A stretch of DNA of 64,000 nucleotides from positions 62,001-126,000 of the forward strand of contig LVLI01000101.1 in assembly GCA_001687465.1 (NCBI GenBank), given 5' to 3'. The stretch comes from Halocafeteria seosinensis (Eukaryota). Numbering within the stretch: position 1 is the first letter of the stretch; every line of letters begins with the position of its first letter. The notes under the pieces are model-generated. The model saw only the letters and a program-made list of their open reading frames with translations, made no database searches and was not told the DNA's origin. The position numbers and the translations under genes are program-made. Shown here piece by piece: positions 14,155 to 26,931 of this stretch.

Positions 14155-15326
14155 ATGAAGCTCCCAAGAAGCGCCCAAATATGGGCTGTGTCCCTGGCTT
14201 TGGCTATATTAGCTGGGTCACCTTCAGTGTTTGCTGCTCCTGGTGGCCAAACTCCCACTCCCACCCACTCTCCGACTCAGTCCCCTAGCCAGACTATGAC
14301 AGGTACGCCAAGCAATACTGGAAGTCCTACTTCTACTGGCACAAGCACAGGAACTCCGACCGGTACATCCACAGGAACGGGAACTCCTACTGGTACACCC
14401 ACGACAACTAGTACATCCACAGGAACGGGAACTCCTACTGGTACACCCACGACAACTAGCACGCCCACGGGCACGGGAACTCCATCGCGTACATCTACGC
14501 AGACAGGGACTCCCTCCATGACTGGCACTCCATCAAACACTGTGACTCCTACGATGACTCCTACTACGACCAAAACGCCAACGAGCACCAGAACCCCGAC
14601 GGCTTCTGTGACTGCCACGAAGACTCCTTCAAATACTGCTACGAAAACTCCAACATCTTCCAACACTGCCACCAACACTCCAACACCTTCCAACACTGCT
14701 ACCAACACTCCAACTCCTTCCAACACTGCTACCAACACCCCGACACCTTCCAACACTGCTACCAACACCCCAACACCTTCTAACACTGCTACCAACACTC
14801 CAACACCTTCCAACACTCCAACTCAGACCAGCACGCCCACCCCTAGTACTTCACCGTCAAACCTACCCGCACCTGTTCCTGGTGTTCCTCCCAGTTTCCG
14901 GTAAGTGAGACTTGATGACGAAAGTGATGTGATACATCATGCTCTTCTATTCCTTTATGCAGCAAGACCTGGAGAACCGCAACTGGGGACGACTGCTTTT
15001 CAGTCGATTTGTCCGATGTCAAAAACAGTACTGGAAAATTTGAAACTTGTGACTCAGATGATGAATGCATGACATACATGGTGGAGTAAGTAAACGTAGA
15101 TGTCTTTGTACTGATGGGAAAGTAAAATATGGTGGTTTCGTTCTATTTTCACAGTGACTCTCAATCAATAGGGCGCGAAGGCGATTGGTATAGTGTCCAG
15201 GGCACGACAGGCAACGACACAATTTGTATCAAAATCTCTGTCCCAGACAAGGAAGCCTACGTGGGCAACATGATGGAGTGCATGAATAGGGATGTTCCCA
15301 CAAACCCAATCCCAATCAAAGGTTAG
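14155..15326 (+). CDS. Secreted Thr/Pro/Ser mucin-like protein with a small Cys-containing C-terminal domain
   Basis: Signal peptide ending ...GSPSVFA, then ~220 aa of T/P/S/G repeats. Introns 14901-14962 and 15086-15154 join two further in-frame exons ending PIPIKG*. Confidence 0.85.
14629..14817 (+). repeat. Coding 30-bp tandem repeat ([10 protein letters not shown], ~6 copies)
   Basis: Units start at 14659, 14689, 14719, 14749 and 14779, with a degenerate copy at 14629. A separate 48-bp duplication lies at 14365-14412/14413-14460. Confidence 0.95.
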
Positions 15327-16271
15327 TAGCCACTAAAATGTACGGCCAAAATTAAGAGTTTCCAATTTTCTGGTTCATGGGCGCAGAAGGTGAATGTGGA
15401 GGAGGGAGCGGTGGTAGTGGTGCACTTTCTACTTTCGTAATGAGTAGCTTCATGGGCCTCACAATTGCCACTTGTCTTGCTTTGGCTCAGTTCCAGTTCA
15501 TTTAAAGATGCCCGATACTGTCTGCGGCTCTGTGCACTGATTGATATAGAATAGTATAATAATGAACTCAAATTCTCATAATCCTTTCAATTATAGCTAT
15601 ATTATTGTCGTAGTAGAGTGCTCTTCCTCTAACCCCGTCTTAGCTTTGGTATAATTTCTTTGGGTGGTACTACGCTCCCCTGCGGAATGTCCGCACCCTC
15701 CGCAGAGGATAGCCTGCAGCGTAGTAATCGAAGAGTGCAGTTGTTTCCCGTGACTTGGGTTGGAATTCCAATTCTTCATCCGTCGTAATTATTCCAATTT
15801 GATTCGAGTATTTATCGTTATTCCTGTCTCTTTCGCTGGTTGTGTCCTTAGAAGGTGGAGCATTTGTTGTGGGGGTCCACGGCCGAAAATAGAAACCATC
15901 GGGCCTACTTGAAGAAGAAGTAAGTGTCGTATATTGGACGATACTGCTCGAGTCCTCCTTGAAGGACACACTCTAATCCAGAGAGGTACTGAGAGTTTAT
16001 CCTGGGTGATATTGCGCGACGGAAATGTGTATGAAATGTGAAGAGAGAGGGACAATAAGAGGGCTAACTGGTTGAAGCACCCTGCAGGTGTGTGCGCTGA
16101 ATTTATGCGCCAGGCGTGTGTGTAATGAACCCTGTATCTCTCTTGTCGGCTGGACATAGTATTAGTTTACAAGGATTGTTAAGGTCTTAGTATAATTCTT
16201 GTCCCTGCAGTACTGTATGTCGTTTATTGTGTGCGAAATTGTTTGCACTGAGGGCGAAAATAGCGACGAAA

Positions 16272-17545
16272 ATGAGCATTATGGAAGGACTCCTTGAACC
16301 CACACCGGGTCAGATGATGCTGGCTGTGGCTGTCATTGGAGCTGCCATTGTGCTAGTCTTTCTCATTGGTCATTATCATGGGATGAAGAAAGCTGTAAGC
16401 TATGGTCCTGTCGCCTCGCCACAGCCCAAGAAACAACCAAAAGGGGCGATGACGAGCCGAATGGTCGACTCTGATAACCACCGTGAGTGGAGTGGAAGGA
16501 ATTCGGAGGAACAGAGCGAGGAACCTGATGGAAATGATGAAAGCGCAGTGCGAGAAGATGATACCTATGAAGGTCCACGAAAGCGAAATAAAGATGCGAA
16601 TGAGGATACAAGGCAGGAGCACTGGAGAAGTGGTGAGCAGTGGAACAGATCCACCGAAGGGGACAAAGATGAGCTTCGTGTTACAACGAAAAGAACTTCA
16701 CAGCTACAAGAGTCAAACACTGGGAATTCTATACCCACGTGGCGTCGTAGTCCGAAAAAATCTGAAGCTAATGCCAGTCAGGATAATGAGTCAGAGACAT
16801 GGGAAACGGGAATTGTCCGGTTTGCCAATGACTCGTTTGGTAAGCTGCCACTGAGTCTTCTTTAAGTATGATTTATCCGTTTAACCAAGTACTTCTTTAC
16901 CAGGATTCATTTTGAGGAACAAAGAGGAACTTCCTCCGAAGTATAGTGATAAAGTACGAAGAAGAGACGGGGCTCTTTTCTTTCTGTCAAATGACGTAAG
17001 TCACTGGGCGCTGTTCCTCCACAAGGCCCGATTTTGGAAACTCAGTACACTTCGGGATCCCGTCGTTCGCAGGTGAAATACAACCTGTCTTTGCAAAGAG
17101 GGGACCGTGTTCACTACCGTGTGCAACCCGGAAACCCAAGAGCTACCGGAAACAAAGCGAAGCCTAAGGCGGCGGATATATCATTAATTAGCAGAAACGG
17201 TGTCCGTTTCGATGCCAAAGACAAATTGCAGCGTAAGATGAACCTCTTAGCAAAGCATCCAGAACATAATCGACAGCTTTGGTGGTGGTTCGTTTGGATT
17301 CCGCAGGCATGAAATGGAATAGACCTCAAGCTGATCCGTATCGAAGGAACTCCTTGCCGAATACAGCAATGAAGTCTGAAACTCGGGAACCTGACGACAT
17401 GGAGGCTTTTGCTCAGCAGATAACGGAAGATGACTACGACGAGGATAAAGTTAACCTGCAAACTCCAGTTGACTTGTCAAGAGTAACCGTTTCCTCTCCG
17501 CGAAGAGGCTCACTGCAGGTAAATAACTCTAAGACTCAGCTTTGA
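16272..17545 (+). CDS. Cold-shock (OB-fold) domain protein with an N-terminal transmembrane anchor
   Basis: Hydrophobic helix MMLAVAVIGAAIVLVFLIG and a charged linker. Splicing 16840-16903, 16996-17072 and 17233-17306 gives ETGIVRFANDSFGFI...LFFLSNDV...LQRGDRVHYRV...KPKAADI, a CSD pattern. Confidence 0.75.
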
Positions 17546-17551
17546 TTTTAC

Positions 17552-17828
17552 TTGTCGTGTTAATAATAGCATGACGATCCTGTTAACAGGATGAAAACAT
17601 TTCTGCGTTTCAATCTCCTACCCCTGAAGCGTGGGGTGAAACCCGCGAGACTGGATTTGGGTACAAGTTCTCAGGTAGAGAGGAAAGAAATGGCATGGAA
17701 AACCCCTACCAGAGTCAGATAAACTATTTACGTTCTCGTGTGATGACCGAGGACATTTTACGCAAACGAGCGTAGACTCTACTAAGACCCATAGAAGAAT
17801 AGGATAGAGCGGTTTCTCTTATATAAGA
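17552..17828 (+). ncRNA. Candidate structured RNA or structured 3' UTR, family unassigned
   Basis: Continuous run of hairpins and two multibranch domains found by eye, with G-U pairs valid on the + strand. Confidence 0.35.
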
Positions 17829-17858
17829 CATGCGCTAGGTCAATAATACCAGCCTACC

Positions 17859-20018
17859 TTAAGAATTATCATTGTCTGTGGAGCTTGATGAGGCATCGCT
17901 ATCTATCTCCGCAAACACTTGCGCAATAAGTCGCTGCTGTTCGTCCATATCGTCTTGCCCCTGACCACTATGCTGAGTGATTGGCTTTGAACAATGGTCT
18001 TCAAAGTCCTGGAGCTTATGGAGTGATTCATCCTGAAGCGAGTATGTTCGTAATGTTTCTTGTAGCCAGGATAGGTGCACAATCCTAATGTTTTGCCTCT
18101 TCGATGCCTGCAAATGAAATTTCACGGATCTTAGGCATCTATGAGGTCGTTTATTGGTCACACACCACCTACGTCAACAACTTTCTGAGTCCCCGGACGC
18201 TTCGCAACGACGTGAGTTACGCTATCATCTGCGTAGAAGAAGCAACAAATTTCTTGGACTGGTGACGATAGGCAAAATAGCACTTCACATACCTATGTCA
18301 GGCTTAATCGTGGCACCGAACTGGCACGCCCTTTTCCACAGCGGTGTTTCATGCGGTACCGAATTGACCGGAAATACTCCAGAGAAAACGATACACAAGC
18401 CTTTCAGAATACTTTCGATGTACTCTTGTAAAATGTCCTTAGCAGAGACCGATACCGAGTCCGCATTTATTCTGGCGGTTTTAATCTCTGTTCTGTTGGC
18501 CAGCGTATCTATATCATATTCTTCTTCAGGGATCCGTATACCAACTGCCTCATAAAACTTGCGATGAACATAGAATGCTAACTGCAATATGTGCAACAGA
18601 TATGAGTCCGTCTCCTCTTCAAGCAGAGTGTTGTCGAGTGCCTCCGACCCGTTAGCTCGCTTGCTATTTTCAACCGCATCGACGCTCTCGCTCGTACCCG
18701 TTGATATCATGCTTACTCCAGAAGCGTTGTTAACTTCGGAGAGTTTTCGAAATCCTATAAAGTGGTAAGGTTCTATCACCATCAAATTTTTGGCCCCTTT
18801 CCAAACTGTTTCCGTATCATCGACCACCAGCACCATACAATCGTCGAGTAAACTATTGTGCAGCCAGGACACTTGTTTATGCCGCATATTTTTGTCGCTG
18901 TCACACCGTGATACTATCCGCGGATGTTCTCCAAATAATTTGCGATCGGGATCAATAAGTGAAACAATAGTTTCTGCGTAGTCTCTAGACGCAGCAGTAT
19001 CCACCTGCAAGGGAAAGGAACAACTGCCCAACAGAGGATCCGCTATTGCAATTACATTATCATGAGCCTTCATACCTGTAGTTCGAAGTGCTGGGCAGCT
19101 GCCATAAGGAACGTCTCCAAATTTGGCCGCCTCTTTACGTAATACTTGAAGTTTCCAATATAAAATGTGTGTAGTGGGACTGATTCAGCCTATGGGATGC
19201 AATGATGTGCAGCGGAAGTGTACAGCACGTTCTGAGTAACACCACTTACCCTTATTCACTAGGGTTTCGGCACGACGATCGCATGTTGCATGAACAAGAG
19301 TGTGGTCCAGATCAAGAACAAGAGACAGTTGCCGTTTACCCAAAAGTCGGCGCTGAAAAGCATCATCAGCCTTTGCTGCGGTTGTAGGTAAAAGTAAACG
19401 CAATGAATGTGCAAGGTTTGCAACCATTGCGAGGAGGGAGCATACCCGCTTCATCAGGAGCTACAGAAAGCTGGAAACCAGCTCTTGCATTGAATGTGTA
19501 AAATGAAGGTTCACTCTGAAGCATTGAGTCACAATATTTTAATTCATTGTCAACGCCGCTCTGTAGGTGAACACACTTACGGCTCCAACCGCTTCTCCTT
19601 CCCGTGTCCGCTTCGCCCCCGACGTTTTCTCCCGTTCGATTTCTCGAAGACTGGCTCCACATTGTGCACACATTCCAGCGTATACTCGTCCATGCTGACA
19701 TCGTTGCACATAACCTAGTATGGGCCTCTCCGAACTCATGTTGCTTCCAGTGCCGGGAACTTGCTCTTCCTTCTGTTCCAATTGCACACGATGCGTACAA
19801 CAAATGTCAGACCTAAGTTAGCAATTCTACACACTTACGGAGACATTGAGCTCAACTATCTTTCCATAGCTAGGAGCCACAATTGGCCTCTTCGTCTTCT
19901 CATCTTGGACGAGGGCATAGCCCACTCTCTGTCCTCGCTCCACCTTGGCACCTGTTTTTACGAGCCACTGCAGGACTTTTCCTCCACGCGGTGAAGGGAA
20001 TTCAATTTCCTCAGTCAT
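17859..20018 (-). CDS. CTDP1: RNA polymerase II CTD phosphatase FCP1
   Basis: N-terminal barrel-sandwich-like segment, CxH...GMCAQCG, HAD motif LVLDLDHTLVH, VVDD and a C-terminal BRCT (IVFSGVFP...IVHLSWL). Intron-split. Confidence 0.92.
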
Positions 20019-20583
20019 CGTAACTTTATTCTTTCACCAACCACTCTCATCATTGCGTAACAACACCGTCTAAAGCCTCCGTAGTCATCACCTTGGTCCG
20101 TCTCGCTGCAAGTTGAAGTAGCACTACTACCTTGGGAAATGCTGTAGTATGCCCCCAAAAAGAGAAGAATGCAGCACCTGAGCCTTGCACTTACCGATTA
20201 CCAAGACCATCACTAAAATAACAGTGAGCACTTCTGGGAAAGCGTCGAAAACTTCCTACGTGCCGATTCCCGTCTCGGAATCCATTGGATTCCTCCACTT
20301 GTGAAGTTGGTGCCGGACCCCGCCCGGGACAACGGGCTACATCAGCTTCTACGTTTACTTTCTGGTGGATAACGACGCACAAACAGAGGCAAGGTGCAAT
20401 AAGTGAATTGTATTGTGTTATCTCCGTATTTCATTTTGGTAGACGAAGGTGAGAGTGCCGAGCAATTGAGTAAGTGTATCGGAAACACTTTCCGTCCTGT
20501 TACGTTGCGCTCTTTTCTACCCTTTTCTTTTTTATTTTTTCCTTGTTATTGCGTTCAAAAGCCACGTATACGTCGCATGGTTA

Positions 20584-23500
20584 ATGAGCATGTCATCGAC
20601 TGCCCCACCGCCACCCGCACAAGTCGGAAGTTCAGCGCCCAAAAAATGGAAGGTTAGAAAATCAGTGGTTCTGGACAGCGTAGAGGATGAAGATGTTCAA
20701 GGAAAAGTAGCGAAACCTCGTTCAACACCGTCTCCACCGACGCCACCACCTATGCCAACACAAGGTGAGAATGAGACCCCTCCACCACCCCCACCACCCT
20801 CCGGCTCTTCTTCGCAACCTAAAGCCGGGGTCACGAAGAACCAAACTCCACCACACAATCAACCAGCAAAGCCACCTCCACCAACGTCAGGCGCACAAAA
20901 GGAGGGAAAGAGTCCTCCTCCGCCAAAGCCACAACCGGCTGCGAACAAGCAGACTCCTCCGCCTCCAAAACCTCAGTCCCCACGGGGGCAATCACCGCCT
21001 CCACCAAAGCCCCAACCAGCGACAAAAACCCGAACGCCTCCACCACCCAAACCACAGCCAGCATCCGCAAAACAGGCACCTCCACCTCCTAAGCCTCAGC
21101 CAGCATCAAAGAAGCAGACTCCTCCTCCCCCTCCTAAGCCACAGCCAGGATCCGTTAAGCAAACGCCTCCCCCTCCGAAACCCCAACCATCTTCAAGCAA
21201 AAGGAGTCCTCCTCCGCCGAAGCCCCAGCCCGTAACAAGCAAGCAAGCGCCACTTCCCCCAAAACCTCAGTCGGCCACACCTCCACCCCGACCGGGATCT
21301 GAATCCAGCAAGCAGTCACAATCACCTCCTCCCAAACCGCAATCAAGCGTGAGTAAGCAAACACCTCTTCCTCCCAAACCTCAATCAACTGCTCCTCCAC
21401 CCCCAGGATCTGCAACAAGCAAAACTTCACAACCGCTTCCTCCCAAACCGCAATCCAGCGTGAGCAAGCAAACGCCCCCTCCTCCAAAACCTCAATCAGC
21501 CGCTCCTCTACCCCAGCCAGCATCTGAAAAGAGCAAAGAGTCACAACCGCCTCCTCCGAGCGCGAGTAAACAAACACCACCTCCACCCAAGCCACAAGCA
21601 AGCTCGAGTAAGGAAACACCGCCTCCCCCAAAACCTCAATCAGCCACTCCTCCACTCCAGTCAGGATCTGCAAAGAGCAAAGAGTCACAACCGCCTCCTC
21701 CGACTGCGAGTAAACAAACACCACCTCCACCCAAGCCACAAGCAAGCTCGAGTAAGGAAACACCGCCTCCCCCAAAACCTCAATCAGCCGCTCCTCCACT
21801 CCAGTCAGGATCTGCAAAGAGCAAAGAGTCACAACCGCCTCCTCCGACTGCGAGTAAACAAACACCACCGCCACCCAAGCCACATGCGAACACGAGTGAA
21901 GAGACCGCGCCTGCACCAAAGCCGCAAGCAAATGCGATTAAGCAAACTCCTCCTCCACCAAGCTCACAACCGGCTGCCTCAGATTCCAAGATGCAACAAG
22001 AGGTACCTCCCCCGCCAAAACCCCAGGAGACCAAGGATGTATCATCCTCTGAATCCAAGCTAGAGAAGCCATCCGCAACGGATGGTACCGGTTCATCAAA
22101 TTCCCAAGAAGCGCAAGGGACGCCTCCACCCCAATTGGAGCAAACATCGATTGAAGACGCTGCTGCTCCCTCAAAATTGAATAGTGGGTCACTGAGGACA
22201 AAAGTCCCTCCACCGAAGCCACTATCAACTACCAGTGAAGGGACACCTCAGCCGCCGCCTAGTGTACCAGTTGACGCAGAAAATCTAGTACCCACTGCGT
22301 CTACATCGAACTTACAAAGCCGGATTGCCACTGAAAGGACAAAAGAAGGCAAGCCCGAAGACGCGGCCACCAGACCTTCATCTCCACCACGCTCAAACAA
22401 AAAGGCTGAGAGCTTAGATACAGATGAACAAGCGCAGCCTAAGACTGCGACAATTGAGGTGGAGGACAAAAAGCAGTCCAAGAAGGACGCTGTCGAACCA
22501 ACACAGGAAGCGGACAATGTTTCAGAGCAGCATATTGTCAGAGGCATTGAATCTGAACACCGGAAGGGAAACGCAGGAGATGGAACCAAAGCAGACCGCA
22601 CTGTTGCAGGTGAAGACAAAGCGTCTGTAGGATCTACTTCTGAGGACCGATCGCCTGCTTTGTCAAGCCTTCCTACAGCAAAAGAAGAAACGCACAAAGG
22701 GGACTTAGGAGATGTTGCGGGAACAGACAGCAACAAACCGGTTAAGAACAAATCAGAGATCGCTGAACCAGTTCATGCGCCTAAAAGTGTTGGTACACTA
22801 AGCACAATAGTCAACAAAATTGGTCCCCCGCCGCCTCATTCTGATGCTTCCGGCTCCTCACTGAATAGTGGCTCTAGCTCTGCGAGAACACTTGGAAGTC
22901 AAGGATTCCAACTACCCCCTCCCCCTACTCGACGGGCAAGTACGTCTGGGGGGTCTCCAAAGAGTCCATTGGGACCTCCAACTAACGGACGGGGAGGAAG
23001 TAAGAGTCCACGAAGAAAGACGGCGATAGGCCCGCCCGCGGGTCTTCCACCGCCAGAAGTAAGTACTATTTCCATGTCATTTCCATAAAAGGGTGAGAAT
23101 TTAACTGTCACCACGGTTCTGCTTTGACTGGAATGCAGCTTTCTGAAAAGCTAAAGGCACGTTCTGGAGGGTCTTCTCCCACTTCTCAATCATCTTTGAC
23201 GAGGTCGAGGTCGAGCAGTAGCATGAATTTAGGTCCTCCAGAGGGTTTACCTCCAAAAGAAGTCACTGCGAGACGCCGAAGTTCTTCTAGAGGATCCAGA
23301 GCGTCCACCGAAGAGGAAAGAAAACATTCGGATACAAACAAGGTGGAACCTGTAGCAACTGACAGCTTAGTAGAAAACGGTTCCGTTGCTAATGCGAGTA
23401 GCTCGAAGAATGCTCGGGAAACAGAAGTAAAGGGAAAGGAGAAACAGAACGAAAAAGAAAATAAAAATACCGCTGATGATGAGAAGCAGAATGGAAACGA

Positions 23501-25739
23501 AAGTAAAAGCGCCACAGGCGATAGCAACGGATCGCAATCGGAGACCATGTTACCCGTGGTAGATGCAGATGTTGGGGAGAGTTCACAGGAAGCTACTGCA
23601 AGTGAAATCAGGAATGAGAGCGTCAGTGCTGCAGTTGTTCGTCAAGAGGAGCCTACGACCACTTCTCCAGCTGAACAGCCCCCTGTTACTACAAGTAGTT
23701 CTGTCGGACACCGAGCTTCGATCTTTGGCGGCCAGGTAGCCAGGAAGAGTGCGAAGAAGAAGGATGGCAGCGCCACAGGCAAGACAGGAGATATGCCGAC
23801 GCAACATGAAGCTTCATTAGAAAGTGATAGAGAACGTTCCATAAACGACTCGGCGGATAATGGCTCAACGCCCGAGGGAAAACACGATGGCCAGAAACCT
23901 GCGAGTGGGCAAGGGAAGAAGGAATCCTTGCCGACGAATTCAGTTTCCGCGACTCCAGAAGATGACTTTGCTAAGAAAAACGACCCACCTGGAGCCACGG
24001 AGAGCGACAGTGAGAGCAACCGTCGGTCTCCTGGCCCCTTAGATGCCATTAGTTCAACGACGAATGGAGGAACGTCCACCACCGGCAACGGAGAAGTTAC
24101 CATGAAATCTGTTGGAGAACCTAAGGTGGGAGATGCTGCCGAGCCGGAATTCTCCAAGGAGCTCCCAGAACAGCCAGAGACCCAGGATTCCAAGAAAGAT
24201 ATATCCAAGGATACTACGACTCTTATCAGCATTCCGCCGATGGAACAGGCGACAGAGTCGATCACCCCGCCTTCTGGACGAACTCGATACGATGCAGCCG
24301 TCAGAGCTGCTCGCTTGGCTTCGGTTTCTCCAAAAGTGAGTGATGCACTTCCTGGTCAACAAAACCGCCTGTCTTTGAGCGATCTGGAAGAACGGGAAAA
24401 CAAAAAGCCCGTACCCTCTCAACCGGAGTCCCGTGCTACTGCTGCTGAGGCCAGCAATGTGCCCAAGACTAGTATGCCCGCGGAAAATTCACCCAATGTA
24501 GTCACGCAGCATCAGCCAGCAGAGAGGCATTTTTATTCAGAAAGGGCGCAACGGTCTACTCTAGGAACTAGAAAAAATAGTAGAAAAGATGATCTTTCTT
24601 CAGCTCTAATTGACCCCGTTGACGAGGAAAATACAGATAATGATGAAGAGCAGTTAGAAGCACTCTATAGTTTTGTAGAAGAAAACTTCAGTGATCCCCG
24701 GCTTGCTGATGTGCATGTCCCAGATTCCGTGTTAGAGGTGGATTTACGGAAAGCACTGAGCATTGGAAAGCATGCCACAGATATAAAAAATGAGTTGCTA
24801 CAGATAGACTATGAGTTGGATCAGAACGTGACCGAGCTACATTCAAGAACTCGAAAGCTCCTGCACCAGTATAGAACGGTATATGACGACATCCAGGATC
24901 AAAAGAAAACTTCTGAAATTAATACCAAGCATGATATTTTTGAAAGGAAATGCCATTTTGAGGAACAAAGAGCTGAGCTTAAGAAGAAAATTGATCAAGC
25001 GTACCAAGAGAGGTATAGGTTGGTCGAAGAAGTCCTGCAATCTGTAGAATCCAAGAATTCATGGATCTCGGCTAGAACAGAGGACAGTGCTTCAGTTTCA
25101 TCCACGGATGATGAGAGATATCCACCAAATGACCCAATTGACCAGGCTTACAATCAAGAAATTGATTACGAAGCTGCTTCGGGCCCAAAACTCGATAAGG
25201 GTGATAGCGCTTTGAAGGTGGGTAACGCGGAGCCCGGCGATGCGACGCGTTTCTTTAGTAGCCCATACAGGAATCAACTAGCCTCTCAAGCAAGCAGGAA
25301 CGCGCATTCTCCTTCCTCGGAATCCCGGCATCAGCTTCAGGTGGATTGGCATCAGTCAGACTACTACAGAGAGAATTCTCCTTCCCCTTATAGAAGCCCT
25401 TCTACTGGTAGCAATTCGAATATCGTGACACATTCCCGGGAATTCTCGCAGCCTTCACGAAAAGAACTGGACAGCATTCAGTCGCTGTTGCACCAAGTGG
25501 TGAACATGACACCGCCCCCGCCCCCCACTTCTGTACAGGCTCCGAAGCAGGAGGCAGCGGGTGGTAATTGTGCAAACCCGGAAGATAAAGCTATTAGGCG
25601 ATACAACAAGTTTAAGAAGCAAGTATTGACGAAAACAAAGACTCCAAAAGTCATTAAGACGCCTGTCGGTCAGCGGTTGCATGCCTCTTCGACTCAGGCC
25701 TCCAGAGCCCGATCCAACAAATCGACCCCAACGCGGTGA
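20584..25739 (+). CDS. ~1690-aa proline-rich disordered protein with C-terminal coiled coil
   Basis: Two long ORFs joined in frame by intron 23059-23138. More than 20 (P/L)PPKPQ-type motifs. Helical heptad region around 24770-25050. Confidence 0.8.
21478..21885 (+). repeat. Near-identical 144-bp (48-aa) coding tandem repeat, ~3 copies
   Basis: Unit ETPPPPKPQSATPPLQSGSAKSKESQPPPPTASKQTPPPPKPQASSSK, with registers at 21622 and 21766. Confidence 0.9.
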
Positions 25740-25820
25740 TGCGAATTCGAGAACTGTCTAAGATAACATTCACAATGTATTTCATTCTCTACTTAAGGTA
25801 TATTTTGTTTTTGTAGTCGA

Positions 25821-26727
25821 CTACGAGCTAGCATTCTGAGCCTCCTCGTTCCCACTGAACGCATCCTGCATCATTTGTTCCACGGCCTTGTGGCACAACG
25901 TGGCATATGGATTCGTCTCTGTAGTAGCCATTCTAGCAATGGTGCTACCATAGGCTGCTGCTGCTTCTAAATCGGTGTGTTCGTCTTCCTTGTTGCCTTT
26001 AGCCTGGTGAACAGCAGCTCTCTGGGTATGCGCCTGCTGCAGTACGTGCTTGTGGGAGGAATACTCTCTCGAGTGGCTGCGGTCCTTGTTATTTTCCATC
26101 CATTCAGTTTCCATCTGGATTGCTTTATTGAGCTGTGTGAGGGCTTCATCATACTTCTTCTGCAATCTTAGCACTTGCGCGCGATTGTTCAGTACAGATC
26201 CGCGTTCTGGAGCTACCTTCTCTGCTTCGGCCAGAAGCTCCAATGCTTTGTCGCTGTCTGCAGCCTCTGCCGCTTCTACTGCTTTCTTCTCCAACTCTGT
26301 AGTCACACAAGAAATCAAGTTTTGCATTGCGCAGAGAGCATGAAGGCATAGATCGGAGTTACCTTTGCACTTCTTAATGTGTTCCGGTTCCTCCGGTTGA
26401 GGTTCCTTATCTGCGCCGTCGTGTGGTACATCAGTTTAAATTGCTCCGTCTCAGGAATTCTAACAAAAAGATGAGATCAACACGGTTTATAGACTAGGTA
26501 TCAGCGAACTCACCTGTATGTAGGGAGCCTTGATTCTGCTCCTGGTTCTCCTCCCACGGCATTGTTGCTCCAATGAATGATTTATTCGGGTCAAAGATGA
26601 AGTTTAATATAGCCTCCTGCACATTTGATACATCACTTTAATAAAGGTGTGGCGCTGAAAATAGCATTGTATAGGGTGTTGTTACCTCATCATTGACTTC
26701 CCGTAGAGGTACCTGTGTCGATGACAT
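25821..26727 (-). CDS. TTC36: Tetratricopeptide repeat protein 36
   Basis: N-terminal NDEEAILNFIFDP, TPR motif SVLNNRAQVLRL and C-terminal NPYATLC. Three introns. Confidence 0.85.
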
Positions 26728-26931
26728 TGTTGTGTTTTCCCCCTCCTTACCGACGATGAACTGTACGCAAACACCAAATATAAGTAAAAAAATATGGTAT
26801 TGTGTTAAATGCACTCATGTAGAGTGAGATAAACGCAATCAAATCGGCTTGACAACTTGGTCTACTACCCTCTAGTTGAAGCAGAAGCAGAGGCTACAGT
26901 ATTACGTACCCAAGGCGGCATACAGAGCACG

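Noticed and set aside
14277..14816. Val/Gly-rich minus-strand ORF, and similar antisense ORFs over the Pro-rich, DnaJ and SRP54 genes
   Set aside because: These are shadows of low-complexity coding sequence on the opposite strand.
14629..14817. Regular 30-bp repeats as a CRISPR array
   Set aside because: There are no unique spacers; this is an in-frame coding repeat in a eukaryotic gene.
17571..17596. SECIS-like ATGA..AA..GA downstream of a TGA stop
   Set aside because: Spacing is too short for a SECIS helix and apical loop, and the upstream protein has no selenoprotein context.
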